19,235 bases of DNA from an uncultured archaeon (GCA_964610875.1 CAZSWP010000054.1:1-19235), one strand, 5' to 3'; positions 7,831 to 15,748 are shown, counted from the stretch's first letter. The notes: generated by a model not told the origin, from the sequence alone. Made by a program: numbers and translations.

Positions 7831-8831
7831 GTTCTAAGATTAGAACTAATTACATTCCTGAGAAGTACTTGGTGAGTGTGTCCTCTGGAATGAATAAGGA
7901 TTCGTTGAAACAGAAACACCACCAACCAACAGGTGTCACTCTATTTCTCGCCCTATTCCTTTGCCTTACTATTCTACCCGTTCTATCTTTAGACACATTA
8001 CCAATCTCTCCCAATAATACTGTGAACCCTTACATTGTGGCTGCAGATTTGCCTAATCTCAGCTTAAATTACTATTCGAAATGGAATTCTAGTTTCACGC
8101 CTGTTGAATCTGGAGCTCGTCTCGTGGGAGATCATATCACGCTCAATGCCACTTGGACTCCATCGAATCTGAGTAATGACACAATCATAACTGTAAATGC
8201 TACTGCTATTCCTCTTGCCATCTCTCAGGAAAGTGACACGACTACAGTTGAAATAGATACCCGCCAGATTGGAAATAATGCTACTTGTTCCGTGAACGTG
8301 ACAACCATTCTATTGAACGGAACACCTTATTCTATCCTCTACAACAATATTTTCTTTGGTAATTTCTTTATTCCTCATATTCAAGTAGTGTCTCCTGATA
8401 ATGGAAGTACGTATGCAGGTGATGTAGCAATAACTTGGGCAGCATGGGATAACAATACCGAAGAAACATTGACCTTTGATGTACTTCTTTCAGCAGATGC
8501 TGGTATTTCCTATCAACTTCTTACTGCTGACCTGACGACAAATTCATACATCTGGGAATCAGAAGGGTTCACTGTGAGTAGTGATTACAAAATCAAGGTA
8601 GAAGTATCAGATGGGATATATGAGGCATTTGATGTATCAGATGGTACTTTTACCGCGGGAACAGTACCCCCCGTTACTACTCCCACATCATCTACTACTA
8701 CCACTGAACCTTCAACATCTGCGACTCCGCTGCCTACTGCTGACGAACGTTTAGCATTGTTCATGGTTGCTGCAATAGTCATCTCTGCTGTACTTTCCCT
8801 TGTCGTCTATTATCAAGCAAGAAGATTTTAG
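7827..8831 (+). CDS. Cell-surface glycoprotein: signal/TM segment, beta-rich (Ig/FN3-like) region, Thr/Pro/Ser linker, C-terminal TM anchor. Start is 7827 or 7890.
   Basis: Hydrophobic LFLALFLCLTILPVLS, about 12 N-x-S/T sequons, VVSPDNG...ITW...DVLLS.D.G.SY, TTPTSSTTTTEP, C-terminal TM plus ARRF. ATGA overlap with the regulator stop. Confidence 0.75.
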   Translation: MSSKIRTNYIPEKYLVSVSSGMNKDSLKQKHHQPTGVTLFLALFLCLTILPVLSLDTLPISPNNTVNPYIVAADLPNLSLNYYSKWNSSFTPVESGARLVGDHITLNATWTPSNLSNDTIITVNATAIPLAISQESDTTTVEIDTRQIGNNATCSVNVTTILLNGTPYSILYNNIFFGNFFIPHIQVVSPDNGSTYAGDVAITWAAWDNNTEETLTFDVLLSADAGISYQLLTADLTTNSYIWESEGFTVSSDYKIKVEVSDGIYEAFDVSDGTFTAGTVPPVTTPTSSTTTTEPSTSATPLPTADERLALFMVAAIVISAVLSLVVYYQARRF

Positions 8832-8833
8832 TT

Positions 8834-9730
8834 TCATTCTAGTATCTTGTCTAGGAATGGTTGAGTGCTAACAACATGCTTGTGTAGACCTAATTCATCT
8901 GGTTCTATTCCCATTGCAAGACCAAGTAGCTGTGTATAGTATATCACTGGAATCTGGTATTTCTTCTCACCAAGTTCTTTATTCAGTTGAGCTTGTGAAA
9001 CTTCGAATTGAAGATGACAGAACGAACAGACATTGATAACACAATCTACTCCAGCATCTATCATATTATCCAACTTTTCTTTTGCTATATCAACTGAAAC
9101 AGGCACATTTGACCCACGTACACCGCCACCAGCACCACAACACATGAATTTGTCACGATATTTCACACTCTCAACACCGGTAGCTTCAACAAGTTCATCC
9201 AAGAACGTATGACGCTCTGTTTGTTGCCATGGTCTTTGTTTGCTTGGTTTAAGTAAATGACAACCGTAGTGAACAGCTGTCTTTATGCCCTTTAGAGGTC
9301 TTTTTACGAGTTTCTTAATATTGTCAGGTCCGATTTCCATGATCACTTCAATGATGTGCTTTGCATCAACTTCAGCATTATACTTGAGACCAATCTCCTT
9401 GAAATGCTGTTGCACTTCTTTTAGTCTCTCTGGATGCCGATGAATTTCGTGTAATGCGTCTTTGAAGGTACCATAACAACCATTGCAACCGGTTATGATA
9501 TCATGTCCAGCATTCTCTGCTAGGGCGAGATTTCGCGACGCCAGTGTCAGCCAAGTAGGCTCATCAAATGATCTGATGACTCCTGGTGCAGGACAACAGC
9601 TTGCACCATCAAGTTCTTCGAGTACTATTCCCAGTTCAGGCAATACTCTTCTGATACTTTTCTCAATATTAGGAAACCTATTTGGCATCACACATCCAAG
9701 AAAGAACGAGTAGGTCTTCGCTTCTGTCAT
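8834..9730 (-). CDS. hdrB: Heterodisulfide reductase subunit B (paralog 1)
   Basis: Two CCG domains: FLGC...SCCPAPG...GCNGC and HYGCH...MCCGAGGG...CSFC. Alternative start GTG 9739. Confidence 0.95.
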   Translation of the reverse strand: MTEAKTYSFFLGCVMPNRFPNIEKSIRRVLPELGIVLEELDGASCCPAPGVIRSFDEPTWLTLASRNLALAENAGHDIITGCNGCYGTFKDALHEIHRHPERLKEVQQHFKEIGLKYNAEVDAKHIIEVIMEIGPDNIKKLVKRPLKGIKTAVHYGCHLLKPSKQRPWQQTERHTFLDELVEATGVESVKYRDKFMCCGAGGGVRGSNVPVSVDIAKEKLDNMIDAGVDCVINVCSFCHLQFEVSQAQLNKELGEKKYQIPVIYYTQLLGLAMGIEPDELGLHKHVVSTQPFLDKILE

Positions 9731-9735
9731 AGTAA

Positions 9736-10281
9736 TCACTTTTCTGCATCTTGTCCCTCGATGAGCTTATCGAAACCTGTGAGTTCCATCAGTTTCTTCA
9801 CATCATTCAGAGCATCTTTGCTTGCATGAACAGTAGGTGGGATCTCAGGAATACCAAGTTCTCTTCGCATCTCTTGGTTTGCTTCATCAAGGGGTACTGC
9901 ATGACCTGTAGCTAGTAGTTTCATTGATGCTTTCTTATGTTGGGGGAGCATGAATCCTTCGTCCACAGCCATATTTCGCATAATGATTATAGCATCTGTC
10001 ACCTTGATTTGCCTTGGGCATCGTTCAAGACAAGTCAGACAAGTTGCACAGAGCCAGAGGTCTGGTGATGATAGCACTTCTTCCTTTAATCCGAGAAGTG
10101 CTTTCCTGATTAACTCCCGGGTTCGGAATGCGGTCCGTCTTCCACTAGGACAGACGCTTGAACAGGTCCCACATTGAATACAGGTTCTGATTCGGTCTGC
10201 TCCCGCTTCGACAATCTTGTCTACAAATTCGGGGTCAATCTTGTCAGTTTCTATTGTTTCACGAGAGATTGAGTCTGGCAT
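9736..10281 (-). CDS. hdrC: Heterodisulfide reductase subunit C (paralog 1; start re-assigned to ATG 10281)
   Basis: CIQCGTCSSVCP, LWLCATCLTCLERCP, TGHAVP; AGAGGT RBS before ATG 10281. Confidence 0.94.
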   Translation of the reverse strand: MPDSISRETIETDKIDPEFVDKIVEAGADRIRTCIQCGTCSSVCPSGRRTAFRTRELIRKALLGLKEEVLSSPDLWLCATCLTCLERCPRQIKVTDAIIIMRNMAVDEGFMLPQHKKASMKLLATGHAVPLDEANQEMRRELGIPEIPPTVHASKDALNDVKKLMELTGFDKLIEGQDAEK

Positions 10282-10332
10282 TCTATAACCTCTTGAGGAT
10301 GTCTGACGATAGCGGCTCACACGATACGTACG

Positions 10333-10338
10333 TTATAA
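10333..10338 (-). promoter_or_regulatory. TATA box (TTATAA) for hdrC1-hdrB1
   Basis: About 55 nt upstream of ATG 10281, just downstream of a T6 run that follows the radical SAM gene. Confidence 0.45.
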
Positions 10339-10354
10339 GAGTGGCGTTTCCTAC

Positions 10355-10360
10355 AAAAAA
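10355..10360 (-). terminator. Oligo-T archaeal terminator candidate for the radical SAM gene
   Basis: T6 on the minus strand about 30 nt after the stop at 10390. Confidence 0.35.
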
Positions 10361-10389
10361 CCAAATGAAGATATCAGTCATCATCCGTT

Positions 10390-11466
10390 TCAGTCATAAC
10401 AATACTCGGCAGTTGACAAAAGATGGGTATTGCCAAGTCTCACATTCGTGAGCCCTGAATCCTTAGCCAAAGCCAGAGCGTCCTCTGCGTGATTTCGACT
10501 AGTTCTTGGCAGGTCTCTCATCAAATGATGTGGATAGAATCCCAACAGTGCTGTTGGTATTGAAGAATCGCAGTAAGAGATGAAGTCTGCGATCCTGCCA
10601 ACCTCGTCGAGGCCTACATATCCCGGAACAAGCAATATACTCGCAACAAGAAACTCATTCTCTCTCCCTAGCCCTCTTCTTGCGAGCTTACGGAAGTTGT
10701 TAATCACGGTCTGATTGCTGACATTCGTGAGTGCCTTATAGAGGCTTGGAGTCACTGCTTTCAAATCAAATTTCATTGTCCCTTTGCTCTTTATGACAAT
10801 GTCTGCAATTTGGTCAAGCCATTTTGCTGATATGTTTCCATTAGTTTCGTAACAGACTCTAAGGCCTTGTTCATCTAGAATTTTTGATGTTTCCAAAGAA
10901 TGCCATGGATTACACGAGGGGTCTCCACCAAAATAACATGCACAGGCGGTATAATCATCTGCAACATTAGCCAGTTCCTGTGGTGTCATCAGAGGTTTAC
11001 CCTCTCTCATCATATCCTGGTAGCTTATGTTCTGACAAAAGAGGCAATCTGAATTACATGACCCATAGAATATAGCCAAGTTTTTCAACCGTGTCTTACC
11101 AAATCCCAATTCTGTTTCATCCCTGACAGGACAGACCCAATCTGCGACACAGTTTGTTGGTAATGGATCAAAATACCATCTAACTGGTGCCTTCTCGCCA
11201 TATTTCTTCACAATTCTACCATCAGCAACATAACGTAAATTACAGAATCCAGATACTCCTTCAGACAATCGACAGTGGTTTCCACAGTCGCTACAGACAA
11301 CCTCGCCTTGATCTGGAACTGCTGCTGGTAATCTGGCTTGGTTGCGTGAATGTCTATGTGCGCTTCTTGTTATCTCAGAATCTACCTTACCCTGACTGTA
11401 GCATTCACCACAGTGAACCAAGGATCTTGTTACTATTCGGTCAGGATGGATTGAACATCTCATCAT
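10390..11466 (-). CDS. Radical SAM protein (PFL-activase/AmrS-like) with Cys-rich N-terminal extension; probable start 11466 or 11463
   Basis: CNSDCLFCQN (CxxxCxxC), FGGDP, ETNG, KFDLKA, LLVPGYV, LLGFYP, NVRLGN; N-terminal CSIH..CGEC and CSDCGNHC..GFC. Confidence 0.85.
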   Translation of the reverse strand: MMRCSIHPDRIVTRSLVHCGECYSQGKVDSEITRSAHRHSRNQARLPAAVPDQGEVVCSDCGNHCRLSEGVSGFCNLRYVADGRIVKKYGEKAPVRWYFDPLPTNCVADWVCPVRDETELGFGKTRLKNLAIFYGSCNSDCLFCQNISYQDMMREGKPLMTPQELANVADDYTACACYFGGDPSCNPWHSLETSKILDEQGLRVCYETNGNISAKWLDQIADIVIKSKGTMKFDLKAVTPSLYKALTNVSNQTVINNFRKLARRGLGRENEFLVASILLVPGYVGLDEVGRIADFISYCDSSIPTALLGFYPHHLMRDLPRTSRNHAEDALALAKDSGLTNVRLGNTHLLSTAEYCYD

Positions 11467-11531
11467 GCTAAGCAATGTAGTTGTCTCAATCAATCTTTTG
11501 CTTTTTGACAACGATACCAATTGGTAACTGA

Positions 11532-11537
11532 TTTAAG
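11532..11537 (+). promoter_or_regulatory. TATA box candidate (TTTAAG) for hdrC2-hdrB2 in the divergent intergenic region
   Basis: About 40 nt upstream of ATG 11576. Confidence 0.4.
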
Positions 11538-11575
11538 GTTGAAAATAGTGCGAACTTCACAGGTCGGTACGGACT

Positions 11576-12118
11576 ATGACGAGTGCAGAAGAAAAGGCAC
11601 CCATTGACATTGATACAGTTGATCACGACTTCGTTTCCATGATCAAAAAGACTGGAGGTCCAAACATTCAGTCATGCTACCAGTGCGGGACGTGTAGTGG
11701 TAGTTGTCCTGCTGGAACTCGTACTAACTATCTTGTTCGTGGAATTATACGGAAAGCATTGCTCGGTCTGAAAGAACAGTGCATCTCCGCTCCAGAGTTA
11801 TGGTACTGCACGACATGTTATACCTGTACAGACAGATGTCCTCAAGACGTTAAACCAACGGATGTCATCAAGGCCATAAGAAATGTTGCGGTCGCTGAAG
11901 GCTACATGCTAGAGCCACATCAAAAGGTTGCTCAGAAAGTACTTGAGACTGGTCATGCAGTCCCCCTCGATAAGGAGTCTTGGGAAAAGCTACGCGAGAA
12001 GGTATTTCTCCCAGCTAAACCGCCCAATGCAAGTAGTCATCCTGAAGCTATTGAAGAGATAAAGAAGATTGCAGCAAAGACCGGTTTTGATAAGCTTGTA
12101 GAAGACAAGGAGGAGTAA
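11576..12118 (+). CDS. hdrC: Heterodisulfide reductase subunit C (paralog 2)
   Basis: CYQCGTCSGSCP, LWYCTTCYTCTDRCP, TGHAVP. Confidence 0.95.
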   Translation: MTSAEEKAPIDIDTVDHDFVSMIKKTGGPNIQSCYQCGTCSGSCPAGTRTNYLVRGIIRKALLGLKEQCISAPELWYCTTCYTCTDRCPQDVKPTDVIKAIRNVAVAEGYMLEPHQKVAQKVLETGHAVPLDKESWEKLREKVFLPAKPPNASSHPEAIEEIKKIAAKTGFDKLVEDKEE

Positions 12119-12121
12119 TAG

Positions 12122-13036
12122 ATGGCAAAACCGAAGTTTATTCATTTTCTGGGATGTATCATCCCCCATAGATATCCTAGTATTCAGAAAGCCACAGAAA
12201 TAGTCTTTGAAGACCTTGATATGGAGCTACTCGATATGGAGGGTGCTTCTTGTTGCCCTGCTCCTGGAGTCTTTGGTTCCTTTGATAGAATAACTTGGGC
12301 TTCGATTGCTGCAAGGAACCTCACCATCGCTGAGGAGGCTAAGGCTAGCATAACCACGGGATGCAACGGTTGTTTTGCCAGTCTTTGGGATGCAAATTAT
12401 GAACTCAAACATGATGACGAGCTCCGTGATGCTGTCAACGAAGCACTTGCTGAAGTAGACCGTGAGTTCAAAGGCACAATAGAAGTGACTCACTATGTTG
12501 ACGCACTCTATAACACAGCGGGCCTAGAGAAAATCCGCAAACATGTCACACGACCGTTCAAAGATGTAAAAATGGCGCTTCACCCAGGTTGCCACTGGAT
12601 GAGGCCTAAGATACTGAAACAGAAAGACGAGTCTGAGAGACCTCACATCTTCAGAGAACTCTGTGAAACCTCCGGTGCCACATATGTCCCTTATAAGGAC
12701 GAGCTCATGTGCTGTGGTGCTGGTGGAGCTGTGCGAACTGCTGACATCAAGGTTGCGCTTGATTTCACCAAGCAGAAGTTCGATAGTATTGAGGATGCCG
12801 GGGGTGCTGATATGATTATTACACCCTGTCCGTTCTGTGAACTCCAGCTTGACCTTGGACAGGTTGAGATCAAGAAACATTTCGATGAGGAATATGTATA
12901 CGATGTACTCCATGTCACAGAGCTGCTAGCCTTGGCATTTGGACATGAACCTGAGGAGTTTGGACTCGCAACTCACTTACAATACATGCAGAGAAAGAGC
13001 GAGCCCGCATGGGAGAAAATTGGAATTGCTCATTGA
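12122..13036 (+). CDS. hdrB: Heterodisulfide reductase subunit B (paralog 2)
   Basis: FLGC...SCCPAPG...GCNGC and HPGCH...MCCGAGG...CPFC; GGAGGAG RBS. Confidence 0.95.
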   Translation: MAKPKFIHFLGCIIPHRYPSIQKATEIVFEDLDMELLDMEGASCCPAPGVFGSFDRITWASIAARNLTIAEEAKASITTGCNGCFASLWDANYELKHDDELRDAVNEALAEVDREFKGTIEVTHYVDALYNTAGLEKIRKHVTRPFKDVKMALHPGCHWMRPKILKQKDESERPHIFRELCETSGATYVPYKDELMCCGAGGAVRTADIKVALDFTKQKFDSIEDAGGADMIITPCPFCELQLDLGQVEIKKHFDEEYVYDVLHVTELLALAFGHEPEEFGLATHLQYMQRKSEPAWEKIGIAH

Positions 13037-13469
13037 AGAACGGTGTCAATACATCAGGTGAATCGCTAGCCGCATATTTCCAACATTAAGAGAAAAGAAC
13101 AGCCTACCCAATGCTTATTCATTATAGTTACCTAGTAATTAGAATGAGCCATCCGGGCAGCGGCTGGATGCGTCCAAGGTTCCACCGAAATCTCAAAAAA
13201 CTATCTAGAATACTGTACAAGCTGCACTCAGATTAATTCTGCAATGTTGTCAACATAGAAGTCCTCAGTGGCGACCTCGTTTGTCATATTCGCCCAAGAA
13301 TATTCATCATGATGAAGTACTATCAATATGACCATTGGAACTGAAACACAGAATGATGTGCTTTATACACTAATGAGGAGTTCTAAACCGTCCTAAGAAC
13401 CTTTATTCTTTAGTTTGCTACATATTGCAATAATTCAAAGGACTATCCTCAGCATGGAGAGTAGGAGAG

Positions 13470-14999
13470 ATGTTGACGACATTGGAAAATAGATTGACAC
13501 GATGGGCAGTTCTGGTGCTATTTCTTGTCACACTCATTTTCTTTACTTACATGTATGTGTCTGGCATCGCATGGAATATTCTAGAACCACCTGAATTCTC
13601 TTTCTGGCTGACTATTCTCACAATCATTTTGACATTGTCCGCTGGCACTGTGGCTACGTACTCTTTCGTTTCATTCTCGCAATTCAAGGAAATGCGAAGC
13701 TTGATGCTTCTCTTGTTGGGTGCGAACCTCGTTCTCTGGGCATTTCTCTATCTTATGACTCATCCCGCCTCTGCTGAGTGGGCTGTGACCTTCTCTGATA
13801 GGGATAGGAATCGGACTCTGGGTATGGCTCTTGTTTTGATTATTGTTCCGTGTATTATTCTTGGATCCTTTTCTGGTGATGTGAAACCCAATCGACCTAG
13901 TGTCGCTCTCCTCTTGGCTTGGGGTGGAATGTTGATGCCTATAATATCACTATGGCTGTTCTTCAGTGAAGAACCTGTATTTCTCATGACCTCACCAGAG
14001 GGGGGTATTGAGGGATTGACCATTGAGGGTATGATAATATCCTTTGGATTCTTGATTTCCCAAATAATAGCTGGACTCAGGTTAATTCAGAAATGGCGGG
14101 AAACACAAGATATGCTTGATTTTGCCCTTCTTCTTGCTATTCTCGTGTGGATTACTGGAACATTCTTCATAATTATACTATGGGATCCACTCCAAGTGGC
14201 TGAATTGATGTGGGTTGGAAGTATCATTTTGGGCATGCTACAGATCTCGGTCGTTCAGTTCATGACTTCGATTATTGAACCACATAGAACACTTGAGGAG
14301 ATTGTTAAGGTGCGTACAGAAGAACTTGACTTATCAAAACAAGAGAGTGAGTTCTACCTCAATCTCTGGACACATAAGATGGGAAATCTATTACAAGGGC
14401 TGATTACATATCTCGATCTTCTAGAAAATGTCGCCTCTCAGAGTAAGGAGGATATCAATACCAGAGGCGCAGCACGTGATCTAAGTAGAGAGGCCATATT
14501 AGTTAATCACCAGGTCCTCCAGCTCTCCAGAATAAAGGAACGTCTTCAAGAAGAACTGTACATTGTAGAAGTTGTAGATGCAATTCAACAGGCTATTAAG
14601 ACTGCTAAGGAACACCTTGGACCAGGTGCTTTCAAAATAGAGATGGATGACAAAGGACCTTGTACTATTTTTGCTGACGATCTTCTCGAATTGGTCTTCC
14701 TGAGTACAATCCTATTCCATATGAGGAGCATCTCATCTGAACCTCTTGAATTGTCAATCAATGTTAGAAATGATGATGATATTTGCTCAGTGGCAGTAAT
14801 CTCTGATGGTCTGAACATCTCAAAAAATGTGTCTGCATATCTTCAAGGCAACATAATAATTGGTGATCTTTCTCTAGATCTAGATTTGTTCACAATGAAA
14901 CTCCTAATGAGTAGATATGATGGATGGATAGAATGTTTCAGAGATGAAACAAGAAATAGAACTCATTGCATTTTGAAATTTTCAACCGTTTCGAAATAG
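13470..14999 (+). CDS. Polytopic membrane sensor with degenerate histidine-kinase domain (probable pseudokinase)
   Basis: About 8 TM segments, coiled coil LEEIVKVRTEEL, H-box-like EFYLNLWTHKMGNLLQ; HATPase-like region lacking N-box Asn and G-box glycines. Confidence 0.75.
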   Translation: MLTTLENRLTRWAVLVLFLVTLIFFTYMYVSGIAWNILEPPEFSFWLTILTIILTLSAGTVATYSFVSFSQFKEMRSLMLLLLGANLVLWAFLYLMTHPASAEWAVTFSDRDRNRTLGMALVLIIVPCIILGSFSGDVKPNRPSVALLLAWGGMLMPIISLWLFFSEEPVFLMTSPEGGIEGLTIEGMIISFGFLISQIIAGLRLIQKWRETQDMLDFALLLAILVWITGTFFIIILWDPLQVAELMWVGSIILGMLQISVVQFMTSIIEPHRTLEEIVKVRTEELDLSKQESEFYLNLWTHKMGNLLQGLITYLDLLENVASQSKEDINTRGAARDLSREAILVNHQVLQLSRIKERLQEELYIVEVVDAIQQAIKTAKEHLGPGAFKIEMDDKGPCTIFADDLLELVFLSTILFHMRSISSEPLELSINVRNDDDICSVAVISDGLNISKNVSAYLQGNIIIGDLSLDLDLFTMKLLMSRYDGWIECFRDETRNRTHCILKFSTVSK

Positions 15000-15005
15000 A
15001 TGTAA

Positions 15006-15017
15006 TTTTTCTCTTTT
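15006..15017 (+). terminator. T-rich archaeal terminator
   Basis: TTTTTCTCTTTT starting 6 nt after the stop at 14999. Confidence 0.45.
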
Positions 15018-15056
15018 GGCAGGATTCTGCATGTTATAGAATCATAGTGATATAGA

Positions 15057-15185
15057 TCAACTAGAAACCGGTGTTCTTGGATTGAGTTTGATCTCTATCT
15101 TACTGAGATCGTCAATAACAGGAACATCCCCTCTCGATTTGATACGTGTAAGATACACCCTTGTATAGGACCTGGCCGCCTTCAT
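15057..15185 (-). CDS. Possible leaderless 42-aa small protein MKAARSYTRVYLTRIKSRGDVPVIDDLSKIEIKLNPRTPVSS
   Basis: TTATATAT (15216-15209) begins 31 nt upstream of the ATG, the spacing expected for a leaderless archaeal transcript. Confidence 0.25.
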   Translation of the reverse strand: MKAARSYTRVYLTRIKSRGDVPVIDDLSKIEIKLNPRTPVSS

Positions 15186-15201
15186 AACAATCATGTATCA
15201 T

Positions 15202-15333
15202 CTAGATAATATATAACTCCCACAGTTTCTCGTCGGACGTAAACGTTTGATTTGCGCATACAACCCAGTACCAGATAATTGTCGGTCTACTGCCAAGCTG
15301 CCTTGCTACATCAGATATCAAGTGTTCAATCAA
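15202..15333 (-). pseudogene. 43-codon HTH-like micro-ORF or transposase/regulator remnant
   Basis: TTG start; LISDVARQLGSRPTIIWYWV matches the xxVAxxLGxxxxTIxxW HTH pattern. Confidence 0.35.
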
Positions 15334-15370
15334 TCATCAAAGATTTACTCGAGCTTGGAGTGCTTTGGCG

Positions 15371-15591
15371 CGGAAGCGGCTAATTCTATGATTTGACTTG
15401 GAGGCTCGATGAGTTGTCCATTACGACTGATTCTCCTAGGAAACTAGTCTTCGGGTGTACACATCGTTTCAAATCCGAAAACGCTTGAGACCACACATTG
15501 AGGTTGGTCTTAACGGTTCGGGAACAGATACTAGTTTCTAAAGATATCGAATTATCATTTCATCGAGCCTGCACTCAAGTCTTACGCTCCG
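15371..15591. ncRNA. Candidate structured RNA or fold-back element (nested inverted repeats topped by two hairpins)
   Basis: Perfect 11-bp (15402-15412/15560-15570) and 9-bp (15440-15448/15530-15538) inverted repeats, plus outer and inner helices in nested order. Confidence 0.5.
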
Positions 15592-15703
15592 GGTGCTTGG
15601 TTGTGGTTATGCACTCATATCTGCCAATGGATTCTACATTATTTTGTGCATGTCAACGATTTATGCATGAAACACGTAATTCGCGATTAGTTTATAGCTT
15701 ATT

Positions 15704-15723
15704 TACGAACTCGGCAGTTCGTA
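15704..15723 (-). terminator. 8-bp hairpin downstream of the hdrA-DUF2096 transcript
   Basis: TACGAACT-CGGC-AGTTCGTA, 25 nt past the stop at 15749. Confidence 0.4.
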
Positions 15724-15748
15724 TCTTGACATTTGACGAGTTCTGCTC

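Noticed and set aside
15371-15591. SRP RNA, RNase P RNA, or TPP/cobalamin riboswitch identity for the fold-back element
   Set aside because: Diagnostic consensus motifs (helix-8 GNRA/SRP54 site, GAGGAAAGUCC, CUGAGA, B12 box) were not found on either strand.
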